From positions 240,001 through 272,000 of the forward strand of contig JACQJH010000001.1 in the NCBI GenBank assembly GCA_016205145.1: DNA of 32,000 bases. The letters run 5' to 3'. The position numbers were made by a program, and so were the translations under genes. Each line of letters begins with the position of its first letter. Positions within the stretch are counted from its first letter, which is position 1. This document shows positions 1 through 7,780 of this stretch, piece by piece. The notes beneath the pieces are model-generated. The model was not told the origin of the DNA, searched no databases, and saw only the letters and a list, made by a program, of their open reading frames with translations. This DNA comes from Candidatus Iainarchaeum sp. (GTDB lineage Archaea; Iainarchaeota; Iainarchaeia; Iainarchaeales; JACQJH01).

Positions 1-382
1 CGGTGTTGTGGATTGTCATCTGCGTGCTTGCATGCAATCTCAGCCCGGGCAAAAGCTCGTGCAGGCTGTGCGCCAGGCCGACGTCCTGCACGATTACAGC
101 GTCAATGCCATGCTCGTACGCACTCTTCGCCATGTCGATTGCCGCGCCGATCTCGAACTCGTTGAGCAGAATGTTCAATGTAAGGTAGGCTTTCCTGCCG
201 TGCAAATGCAAATAGTCGATTGCTTCTTTCACCTGCTCAGGCGAAAAGTTTTGCGCGCCGATCCTTGCATTGAACGCCTGGTAGCCGAAGTAAACAGCGT
301 CCGCGCCGTTTGCGACCGCAGCTTTCATGTGCTCAAAGCTGCCCGCCGGGGCGACAAGCTCCGGTTTGATTTGTTTCACCAT
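1..382 (-). CDS. peptidase U32 family protein, N-terminal part (3' end lies beyond the window start)
   Basis: Absent from the ORF track because there is no stop in the window. Reverse translation from the ATG at 382-380 gives MVKQIKPELVAPAGSFEHMKAAVANGADAVYFGYQAFNARIGAQNFSPEQVKEAIDYLHLHGRKAYLTLNILL..., a typical U32 (collagenase-like) N-terminus. The plus-strand ORF 8..460 is its antisense shadow. Confidence 0.75.
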   Translation of the reverse strand, partial: MVKQIKPELVAPAGSFEHMKAAVANGADAVYFGYQAFNARIGAQNFSPEQVKEAIDYLHLHGRKAYLTLNILLNEFEIGAAIDMAKSAYEHGIDAVIVQDVGLAHSLHELLPGLRLHASTQMTIHNT

Positions 383-409
383 AAGAATCTCTTTTTCAAA
401 ATCAGGGTT

Positions 410-634
410 TTATTCTGTTTTTCCGCTTGCCGGCAGGGATATGCGCGTGGATTTTTTTGAGTCAAACCGTTTCTCAAAGTTCAGAATGGTATACCCGACT
501 GTTTTGCCGCTTTTGGCGTCTTTTCTTTCCAGTATGTCCTCTCCAATTTCCCCGCAGACCGCTTTTTTCGGCTTTCCGATGACTATCTCAAGTATGTCGC
601 CTTCCTTGTCGTAGTGCAGGCTTATTTTTTCCAA
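410..634 (-). CDS. DUF2283-like small protein (putative antitoxin partner)
   Basis: 74 aa starting MEKISLHYDKEGDILEIVIG..., which resembles the DUF2283 pattern (x-YDxEADxLYI). It overlaps the upstream small gene by 13 nt. Confidence 0.6.
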   Translation of the reverse strand: MEKISLHYDKEGDILEIVIGKPKKAVCGEIGEDILERKDAKSGKTVGYTILNFEKRFDSKKSTRISLPASGKTE

Positions 635-927
635 CTCGTTTCACCTGGTTTTTCAGTCTTTGAATAATATCCGGCCAGTACAAACCCGCTGTTTTCATGC
701 GTCTTTATAACAATTATTAGTAGCCTGCCGTTTTTAACCTTTTTATGGTACAGCTCAACTTTGCCGTCAAGCCTGCTTTTTTTGATGAAGTCCGGGTTGC
801 AGACAGTTTCCTCGATTTCCTTGAATTTGCCTTCAAGTTCCGGCCTGAACATCGTCATGTGCGAATACCTTTCAGCCGTCAGGGAAATTTTCCTTCCCAG
901 CGGATCAGTGGCGCGGAACAGTTCCAT
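622..927 (-). CDS. small conserved hypothetical protein, putative toxin-like partner of the DUF2283 gene
   Basis: 101 aa. The motif ...ETVCNPDFIKKSRLDGKVELYHKK...LLIIVIK...GFVLAGYY... is typical of small nuclease-like proteins paired with DUF2283. Function is inferred from gene pairing only. Confidence 0.5.
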   Translation of the reverse strand: MELFRATDPLGRKISLTAERYSHMTMFRPELEGKFKEIEETVCNPDFIKKSRLDGKVELYHKKVKNGRLLIIVIKTHENSGFVLAGYYSKTEKPGETSWKK

Positions 928-1021
928 GCTTTTCCAAAAAGCCCCGGCTGGGAAAATTTAATAACTGTTCGAGGTTTTAGTCAATAAACGAAGGCCGATG
1001 ATGACCAGGCTGAGATTTGAG

Positions 1022-1092
1022 AGCCGCTTTCGTCCGGCTGGTTCGACGCCCCATGCCAATTTCATTCGCATGGGGCTGCGCGCTGTTGCGCG
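1022..1092 (+). repeat. intergenic hairpin element, copy E (hp1 AGCCGC-TTTCGT-CCGGCT, GGTTCGAC, then 9-bp and 5-bp hairpins)
   Basis: 1022-1047 is near-identical to the minus-strand sequence at 18528-18503 (copy B). It has the same architecture as copy F at 18108-18161. Second stem: GCCCCATGC (1048-1056) pairs with GCATGGGGC (1068-1076). Confidence 0.5.
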
Positions 1093-1203
1093 GGAACTGC
1101 CTGAAAGCGCTTGATGAAGAATCGTTATGAGTGCCGAGGCTTTCGCTTTATTGGCGGTTTGAATGGTTCATTGGCCTGCAAGACATGATATTTTTCTTCT
1201 GAC

Positions 1204-2283
1204 TCAGCCAAGAAAGCCCTTTGCCTTAAGCAATTCCGCGTTCAGGATTCCGCCGCCGGCAGCGCCCCTGCCCGTGTTATGCGACAATCCGACGAACCTG
1301 AAGTCGAAGACCTTGCATTCGCGCAGCCTGCCGACCGAAACAGCCATGCCTTTTTCGGCATCCCTGTCCTTGCGCGGCTGCGGCCTGTTTTCCTCGAACC
1401 TGTAAATGATGGGCTGTTTGGGCGCGAAAGGCAATTTCAATTCCTGCGGCTCCGCCTTGAAATCCTGCCAGATCTTGATTATCTGTTCCTTCGAGGGCTT
1501 CTTGTCCTTGAATTCGATGCTCACGCAAGCAGTGTGCCCGTCGATTACGGGAACGCGGTTGCAGTGCGCGGAAATTTTGATGCTCTTGTCGTAAACGAAT
1601 TTGCCGTTTTCAATCTTTCCCAGAATCTTTTCAGGCTCGCACTCCGATTTTTCCTCTTCCCCGCCGATATAGGGAACGACATTGTCAATCAGGTCAAGCG
1701 ACGGCACGCCGGGATAGCCCGCGCCTGACGCTGCCTGCATTGTAGTGATAATCATTTTGCTTGCCTTGAACCCCGCTTGCTGCAACGCATGCACCGGCGT
1801 GAGATAGCTTTGCAGGGAACAATTTGGTTTGACCGCAATGAACCCCTTCACGAATCCGCGGTTTTTCTTCTGCACCGGAATTATTTTTATGTGCTCCGCA
1901 TTGATTTCCGGAATGAGCATTGGAATGTCGTCGGTATGTCTGTGCGCGCTCGCATTCGAAACAACGGGGATGTCGTGCCTCGCATACTCTATTTCAAGCG
2001 CCTTTGTCATGTCCTTGTCCATTTCAAGCGCGGAAAAAACGAAGTCGGCGTCGCATTCCTCGACTTTGTTCGCGTCCCTTACAACAAGGCCTTTCACGTG
2101 TTTCGGAATGTCTTCCTGCATCTGCCATCTTCCCGCAACAGCTTCGGCATAGCTTTTGCCAGCCGAAGAGGGCGAGGCCGCCACGCATGACACTTCAAAC
2201 CATGGATGATTCTCCAAAAGCCTTATGTAATTCTGGCCAACCATTCCGGTTGCGCCCAAAACCCCGACCTTCAGTTTCTGCAT
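1204..2283 (-). CDS. asd: aspartate-semialdehyde dehydrogenase
   Basis: MQKLKVGVLGATGMVGQ... (NAD(P)-binding GxxGxxG), ...NCSLQSYLTPVHAL... active-site Cys region, and full-length similarity to archaeal-type Asd. The track start at 2286 is TTG; an ATG at 2283 is preferred. Confidence 0.9.
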   Translation of the reverse strand: MQKLKVGVLGATGMVGQNYIRLLENHPWFEVSCVAASPSSAGKSYAEAVAGRWQMQEDIPKHVKGLVVRDANKVEECDADFVFSALEMDKDMTKALEIEYARHDIPVVSNASAHRHTDDIPMLIPEINAEHIKIIPVQKKNRGFVKGFIAVKPNCSLQSYLTPVHALQQAGFKASKMIITTMQAASGAGYPGVPSLDLIDNVVPYIGGEEEKSECEPEKILGKIENGKFVYDKSIKISAHCNRVPVIDGHTACVSIEFKDKKPSKEQIIKIWQDFKAEPQELKLPFAPKQPIIYRFEENRPQPRKDRDAEKGMAVSVGRLRECKVFDFRFVGLSHNTGRGAAGGGILNAELLKAKGFLG

Positions 2284-2432
2284 CAAAAAACACTCTCCAT
2301 GAAAACGAATTTATGCCGATTCGGCATTTTTGCCTGTCTAAAAGCAGTAAAAACTCCTCTACGAAACCCATTAAAAAACTAACTAAAAATTACGAAAAAC
2401 GTATGGACCGTTTTGCCTTAAAAAAGAAAATT

Positions 2433-2541
2433 TGCCGGTGGCGAGATATGAACTCGCGGCCTCTTGATTATGAGTTTCGCCCCGCAACACAAAAAAGCTG
2501 AATTGCAGTCAAGCGCTCTAACCAGGCTGAGCTACACCGGC
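2433..2541 (-). tRNA. tRNA-Met(CAT) (elongator-type, or Ile2-CAU) with a 34-nt non-canonical intron
   Basis: Hand fold: GCCGGTG TA GCTC AGCCTGGTTA GAGC G CTTGA [34-nt intron, 2475-2508] CTCATAA TCAAG AGGCC GCGAG TTCATAT CTCGC CACCGGC A. The acceptor, D, anticodon and T stems all pair. A T-run follows the 3' end. Confidence 0.8.
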
Positions 2542-2613
2542 AAACTCAATTCGGTTAGGCTATGATTTTTGCCTGTTAAAGGCTTTTAAAAGTTGTTTTC
2601 GGCGGTTTCGGTC

Positions 2614-3348
2614 TCAGATGGTGAAAAACCCTTTTTCGCCCAGGACTTCGGCTTCCTTCGACTGTTTGGTGTAGTCGAGCCTGCTTTTCACTTCGATGTG
2701 GCCGTTGTGCAATAGCATCCTGTCCGCATAGCCTATGAACAGGCCGGTTTCAAGCACGCCCGGAATCTCCTTTGCCTGGAATTCCAAGTCTTCAAGCGAA
2801 TAAATCCTGTCGACCAGCACTTCCGTGAGATAGTTGTTCGACTCGGTTTTCGCCGGCTTTCCGTCGCGCAAAACGATGTTTGCCCTGCCGAGCTTTTCAA
2901 GCTGTGCGACCGTGCGCTTCCAGCCGAAAATGGCGATTTCAAACGGGATTTTTCCATGCAATCTTGCGACAAGGTTTTTCCTTTCAGTGATGATTATGAG
3001 CTCTGCCGCGCTCTGCGCTATCATCTTGTCCCTCACAAGCGAATGCGAGTCGCGCTTGATGAAATTGAAAAAATTGTCAGCTTGGTCGACAAACTCGACT
3101 GCAACGTCTATTTCGATGTCGTTCAGCGAAACCACTTCAAGGCCCAGTTCGGTGAGCATTCCCGCCATTTTTGCGGAAGTGGGAACGACCGAAAACGACA
3201 GCTTTTCCTCCTCCGCCTTCAATGCGACCTTTTTGAGGAAGATTTCGGCCATCTCGCTTGTGCCGAACGACAGCACTTCGCCTTTTTTTATGTACTTGTC
3301 GACAAGCAGTTCAACCAGATTTTCGCTCAAAGCCATTGTAATGCCCAT
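2614..3348 (-). CDS. ribose-5-phosphate isomerase A-like protein (divergent active-site motifs)
   Basis: Collinear with RpiA: VVPTS, IDVAVE..D.AD, IK....L.RDK, IPGV.ETGLF. The GTGST, DGADE and KGxGGA motifs are degenerate. Confidence 0.6.
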   Translation of the reverse strand: MGITMALSENLVELLVDKYIKKGEVLSFGTSEMAEIFLKKVALKAEEEKLSFSVVPTSAKMAGMLTELGLEVVSLNDIEIDVAVEFVDQADNFFNFIKRDSHSLVRDKMIAQSAAELIIITERKNLVARLHGKIPFEIAIFGWKRTVAQLEKLGRANIVLRDGKPAKTESNNYLTEVLVDRIYSLEDLEFQAKEIPGVLETGLFIGYADRMLLHNGHIEVKSRLDYTKQSKEAEVLGEKGFFTI

Positions 3349-3440
3349 AATAGATTGATTCTGCTGTTTTTATTTTTTTGTCCTGCTGGCAGGGATTCCT
3401 GCGGCTTTTTTATTTTTTTTGCTGGAAAACCATTTTTCCC

Positions 3441-4556
3441 ATGATGTACCACATCATCACGACCCCGGACTGCAACCTTTGCTGCAGCTACTGTGCGGGC
3501 AAGGCCTTCGACGAGCCGGAGGACGCGAGCAACAACATGCAGTTTGAATCCCTGCCCATGAAAATCTCGTATTCGATGCAGGACCTCAATTCTTTCCTTG
3601 CCAAGGACAGGGAAAAGAAGGGCCTGATTTTTTACGGCGGCGAGCCTCTTGTAGCCCTGCAGTCAGTCAAGCAGGTAATGGATTCAGTGCAAGCCGACTA
3701 TTTCATGATGCAGACAAACGGCATTTTGCTCAACCTTTTGCCGAAAGAGTATGCAAACCGCTTTCACACAATCCTGGTTTCCATTGACGGCGGAAAGGAA
3801 AGGACTAACGCAAACAGGGGCGAGGGAACATTTGAACGCGTTGTCTCCAACCTCAAATTGCTCGGGCAAAACGGCTTCAAGGGCGAAATAATCGCGAGAA
3901 TGACTGTCGAGGAGCCCACAAACTTTTTTGACGACATCATGGCACTGCTCCACAACACTGATTTTGCGTTCTCTTCCGTTCACTGGCAGCTTGACGCAAA
4001 CATGTGGCACGATTACGAAAAAAGAAACTTCTCAAAATGGAGCAAAGCCTATAATCAAGACATTTCAAGGCTCGCGGATTACTGGCTTGCCGAGCTTGAA
4101 AAAGGAAACGTTTTGCGCCTTTATCCTTTCCTCGGCCTGCTTGACGCAATCCTCAATGGAACACAATACAATCTGCCATGCGGTTCCGGCACAGGCAACT
4201 TTTCAATCCTGACAAACGGCGAAATCAGCGCGTGCCCGATCATGGCGGGAGTGAAAGACAAATACGTTGGCAACATCCGCGATTCAAATCCGGAAGACCT
4301 GCCGTTCAAGATAACCGTCGGCGGGCCATGCGTTTCCTGCGAGGTTTTCAGCTATTGCGGAGGCAGGTGCCTTTATTCAAACATCGCAAAGCCCTGGCCG
4401 GAAAAAGGCTTCAAGGAAGTCTGCGGAACCGTAAAGCATTTGGTCAAGGAAATGCAGAGAATTCGCCCAAAAGTTAAGGCCTTGCTTGACAATGGAACAA
4501 TCGAATGGGAACAGCTTGCCTTCGTCAAATACAACAGCGCGGAAATTATCCCCTGA
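3441..4556 (+). CDS. radical SAM/SPASM-domain protein (peptide- or protein-modifying maturase type)
   Basis: CNLCCSYC contains the CxxxCxxC cluster near the N-terminus. C-terminal Cys clusters CGSGTGNF...SACP and CVSCEVFSYCGGRC match a SPASM domain. The ATG-ATG at 3441 is preferred over the 3378 alternative start. Confidence 0.8.
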   Translation: MMYHIITTPDCNLCCSYCAGKAFDEPEDASNNMQFESLPMKISYSMQDLNSFLAKDREKKGLIFYGGEPLVALQSVKQVMDSVQADYFMMQTNGILLNLLPKEYANRFHTILVSIDGGKERTNANRGEGTFERVVSNLKLLGQNGFKGEIIARMTVEEPTNFFDDIMALLHNTDFAFSSVHWQLDANMWHDYEKRNFSKWSKAYNQDISRLADYWLAELEKGNVLRLYPFLGLLDAILNGTQYNLPCGSGTGNFSILTNGEISACPIMAGVKDKYVGNIRDSNPEDLPFKITVGGPCVSCEVFSYCGGRCLYSNIAKPWPEKGFKEVCGTVKHLVKEMQRIRPKVKALLDNGTIEWEQLAFVKYNSAEIIP

Positions 4557-4596
4557 AAACACTGTTTTTAACTTTTTTCAAGGCAAACTTTCATTC

Positions 4597-6018
4597 ATGC
4601 AGGAAAAACAAAACGCCTTCCGCACCGAAAAGGACTCGCTCGGCGAAAAAAACGTGCCTCTTGAAGCCAATTTCGGCATTTTTACCCAGCGCGCTTTCGA
4701 AAACTTCCGGATCAGCGGCCTGAAAGCGCCGAAAGAACTGCTGAAAGCCTACATTTCAATCAAGCTGTGCGCCAGCCAAACCAACGCGCAATTGGGCGTG
4801 CTTGAAAAAGACAAGGCTGATGCCATTGTGCGGGCGTGCAGGGAACTGCTTGCAAAGCCTTTGCATGAGGATTTTCCGCTTGACGTTTTCCAGGCCGGAG
4901 CCGGAACACCCTACAACATGAACGCAAACGAAGTCATTGCGAACAAGGCAACGGAACTGCTTGGCGGAAGGAAAGGCGAATACCTAGTGCACCCGAACGA
5001 CCATGTAAACCTCTCGCAGTCAAGCAACGACGTTTCGCCGACGGCAATACGCATCGCAGCATTATGGCAACTGCAAAACCTCGACAAGAACCTGGCGCAA
5101 TTGCAGGCCGCATTTGAAGGAAAAAGCCATGACTTTGCGGATTTGCTTAAAGCGGGGAGAACGCACCTGCAGGACGCATTGCCCATAACTCTCGGCCAGG
5201 AATTCTCGGCTTTCGCAAAAGCCGTTGAAAAAAGCAGGAAACGCATCAGGCAAAGCGAGGAAAATTTGCGAATTCTTGGCATCGGAGCAACCGCGCTTGG
5301 CACCGGCTCGAACGCGCCGAAAGAATACCAGAAACTCATGGTTGAAAACCTCGCAAAAGAAACCGGCCTCGAACTCAAACCGGCCGACAACCTGTTCGAA
5401 AAAACCGCTTTTGCCTCCGATTACCTTGAAACCGCGCACGCACTATCCGAATTTGCTGTCGATTTGAACAAGATTTGCAATGATTTGCGCCTGCTATCCT
5501 CAGGCCCGAACACTGGTTTTGCGGAAATCGTTTTGCCTGGCGTGCAACCCGGCAGCAGCATAATGCCCGGCAAGGTCAATCCAAGCATATCCGAAATGGC
5601 GAACATGGTCTGCTATCAGGTGCAAGGCAACACAAAAACAATCGAACTGGCGGCAATGAACGGCGAACTGCAGTTGAACGTGTTCACGCCGGTCATCGCG
5701 CACAACCTGTTGCAGTCAATCGACATTTTGGCAAACGCCTGCTCCGCCTTGAACGAAAAATGCGTTTCCGGCATCCAGGCGAACGAAAAAAAGCTGAAAG
5801 AAAACTTCGACAAAAACCTGGCAACGGCAACGCTTCTCTCTCCGTTAATCGGCTACGCAAAGACAGCAGAGCTCGTCAAAGAAGCGCTACGCGAAAACAA
5901 AAGCCTGATTGAGATAGTGAAAGAGAAAAAACTGCTATCCGAAGAAAAGCTGTCCAAACTGCTTTCGAAAGAAGTTCTGACGATGGCTAATTTGGAAGAA
6001 TTAAATAAATTGAAGTAG
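4597..6018 (+). CDS. aspartate ammonia-lyase / class II fumarate hydratase family lyase
   Basis: GSSIMPGKVNPS signature, SQSSNDVSPTA, GELQLNVF, and overall collinearity with AspA/FumC. The ATG at 4597 (MQEKQNAFRTEKDSLGEKNVP) removes the overlap with the upstream gene. Confidence 0.9.
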   Translation: MQEKQNAFRTEKDSLGEKNVPLEANFGIFTQRAFENFRISGLKAPKELLKAYISIKLCASQTNAQLGVLEKDKADAIVRACRELLAKPLHEDFPLDVFQAGAGTPYNMNANEVIANKATELLGGRKGEYLVHPNDHVNLSQSSNDVSPTAIRIAALWQLQNLDKNLAQLQAAFEGKSHDFADLLKAGRTHLQDALPITLGQEFSAFAKAVEKSRKRIRQSEENLRILGIGATALGTGSNAPKEYQKLMVENLAKETGLELKPADNLFEKTAFASDYLETAHALSEFAVDLNKICNDLRLLSSGPNTGFAEIVLPGVQPGSSIMPGKVNPSISEMANMVCYQVQGNTKTIELAAMNGELQLNVFTPVIAHNLLQSIDILANACSALNEKCVSGIQANEKKLKENFDKNLATATLLSPLIGYAKTAELVKEALRENKSLIEIVKEKKLLSEEKLSKLLSKEVLTMANLEELNKLK

Positions 6019-6038
6019 GTAACATAATTAGTGATTTA

Positions 6039-7247
6039 ATGTTCCGCTGGCTCAAAAACCTGTTCAGGCCGTCAAGAGGCCCGCACTATTTGATTGAATT
6101 CAGGTTTCATGGTTACACAAAAAAGTATCTGAAGGAAACCATTTTTGACGTCTCGAAAAAGTTCCGCGTTTCAGGCGTTACCAAAAAGCACGTTGTTCCG
6201 CATATAAGCTTGGTTGGGCCGTTTCAAACAAGAAACCAAAGAGAAGTCGTGTCCAAGTTTGTGAACGTGTCCAAAAAATATGGGCGCATAAACTTCAAGT
6301 TGTCAGGATTCCGCCACTTTGACGATCGGGTGGTTTTCGTTGATGTCGAGTCTTCCTCTGAACTGGCCAAATACCGGCAAGACCTGTTCAAAAGCTTGGA
6401 GCCAGTCATTTACACGACCGACACCGACTACCTTGAACCATTCGCGTTCCATTCTACAGTCGCCTTCAAAGACATCCAACACAAATTTGACAGGATTTTC
6501 TCCTATTTGGATAAACAAAAGCCTAAACAAATAAACCAAACCCTGCTCAGGGCCACGTTGTTAAAAGGCGGAAAAATTCTATGCGAATACGATTTCATTC
6601 AAAAAAGGCTGCTCAAACGGAAAGAGGCACTAGACAAAAAACTAATGAAAAAGACGATTGGCATATTGAAGGAAACCAAAAACGCGGACATCACAAAAAT
6701 ACCTGAATTTACGGCCAAAGAAAGCGAAGGAAAACGCACTTTTCTTATAAGCGACCTCCACTTGGACCATGCCAATATTATAAAATTCTGCAAAAGGCCA
6801 TTCAAGAATGTCGAAGAAATGAACCGCGCACTAGTTGATAATTGGAACAAAACTGTCTCTAAAAACGACACGGTTTATTTTTTGGGTGATATGGCATATG
6901 GCAAAAACAGCAGGTCGGCAAAATACTGGCTTTCCAAACTAAACGGCAAAATAGTGTTCATTGAAGGCAATCATGAGGATATTGGCAACATGAAATCATA
7001 CACGCAAATAATACTAAATTTTGGGCAAGAACGATTTCTCTTAATTCATGATCCAGCGCTCAAACCAGCCGACTGGCAAGGATGGGTTATCCACGGGCAC
7101 AAACACAACAACGATTTGTCTGGTTACCCATACATTAACAAAAAAAACAAAACAATCAACGTAAGCGCAGAATTGGTAAATTACACCCCAAAACGGTTAG
7201 ATGAGGTTTGCAAAGAAATTGGGGTGTTTGAATTCAAGATTCTTTAG
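6039..7247 (+). CDS. fusion protein: N-terminal 2H (LigT-like) phosphoesterase plus C-terminal calcineurin-like metallophosphoesterase
   Basis: Two HxS/Tx motifs (PHISLVGPF at aa 54-62, FHSTVAF at aa 137-143). Then DLHLDH...RPFKNVEEMN...NWN...YFLGDM...GNHE...IHGHKH, the metallophosphatase motif set. Confidence 0.75.
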   Translation: MFRWLKNLFRPSRGPHYLIEFRFHGYTKKYLKETIFDVSKKFRVSGVTKKHVVPHISLVGPFQTRNQREVVSKFVNVSKKYGRINFKLSGFRHFDDRVVFVDVESSSELAKYRQDLFKSLEPVIYTTDTDYLEPFAFHSTVAFKDIQHKFDRIFSYLDKQKPKQINQTLLRATLLKGGKILCEYDFIQKRLLKRKEALDKKLMKKTIGILKETKNADITKIPEFTAKESEGKRTFLISDLHLDHANIIKFCKRPFKNVEEMNRALVDNWNKTVSKNDTVYFLGDMAYGKNSRSAKYWLSKLNGKIVFIEGNHEDIGNMKSYTQIILNFGQERFLLIHDPALKPADWQGWVIHGHKHNNDLSGYPYINKKNKTINVSAELVNYTPKRLDEVCKEIGVFEFKIL

Positions 7248-7261
7248 AAAATATCGGAGAA

Positions 7262-7492
7262 TTGGTTGAAAAGGTTTCATTTTATAAACCGCGACTTGAT
7301 TTCAATGATCGTGCACTTCTTGCAGTTGTTTCTTTTTTTGGTTGTATAATTTCTTCATTAATTTTTTTGTCTGGTATCACTTTCGGTAAACTTAATTTCT
7401 TATCTTTTGCTATGGGATTTGCATTGTTGGGGATAGGCTCATCCTTAATTCTTCTTGTTAGTTGGTTTCTTTTCAACAAAGAAAATGAATGA
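7262..7492 (+). CDS. hypothetical small membrane protein (two predicted TM helices)
   Basis: 76-aa ORF with a TTG start and two hydrophobic stretches (LLAVVSFFGCIISSLIFL, FALLGIGSSLILLVSWFLF). No recognisable homology. Confidence 0.35.
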   Translation: MVEKVSFYKPRLDFNDRALLAVVSFFGCIISSLIFLSGITFGKLNFLSFAMGFALLGIGSSLILLVSWFLFNKENE

Positions 7493-7672
7493 TAGTTATA
7501 TGGGAATTTCTGTCTAACATTGTCAGACTTTTCCCACTAATATCATCGCCTCCATTTCGTCGAATTTTTTCTTGCGACTTGTGCGCCGCTCGGCTTAAAC
7601 CTTCGTCTGCTCGGCAAAAATTAAGCTAAAAATAGTCTTCTGGATTTGCTTTTTTTGCAGGCTTTTTTTAAA

Positions 7673-7744
7673 AGCCTCTGGCGGGAATTGAACCCGCGAC
7701 CCCGTCCTTACCAAGGACGTGCTCTACCACTGAGCCACAGAGGC
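7673..7744 (-). tRNA. tRNA-Thr(GGT)
   Basis: GCCTCTG TG GCTC AGTGGTA GAGC A CGTCC TTGGTAA GGACG GGGTC GCGGG TTCAATT CCCGC CAGAGGC T gives a perfect cloverleaf. TTTT follows directly after the 3' end. Confidence 0.92.
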
Positions 7745-7780
7745 GATGAAAAGCCTAAATTTTCCTTCCCGCAAGCTTTT

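Noticed and set aside
8-460. Long antisense ORFs opposite well-supported genes: 8..460, 10221..10820, 12139..12750, 13107..14027, 15690..16316, 16322..17014, 19917..20804, 26303..27166 and 30192..30884.
   Set aside because: In every case the opposite strand encodes a homology-supported protein (U32, his genes, surface proteins, polB, HerA-like). The translations are low-complexity shadows.
990-1120. C/D-box sRNA suggested by ATGATGA...CTGA and CTGA...TGATGA.
   Set aside because: The box spacing is 5 nt rather than about 12 nt, the box order does not fit C-D'-C'-D, there is no terminal stem, and no D box follows the second TGATGA at guide distance.
2433-2541. An intron-less reading of the tRNA as tRNA-Cys(GCA), using CTTGA CTGCAAT TCAGC as the anticodon arm.
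   Set aside because: The proposed stem does not base-pair (C:C and other mismatches) and the remaining sequence could not form the T arm. The CAT reading with a 34-nt intron gives a perfect cloverleaf.
4486-4596. Upstream extension of the lyase ORF (4486 start), and similarly 3378-3440 for the radical-SAM gene.
   Set aside because: The extension overlaps the end of the radical-SAM gene and lacks homology. Conserved N-termini begin at the ATGs at 4597 and 3441.
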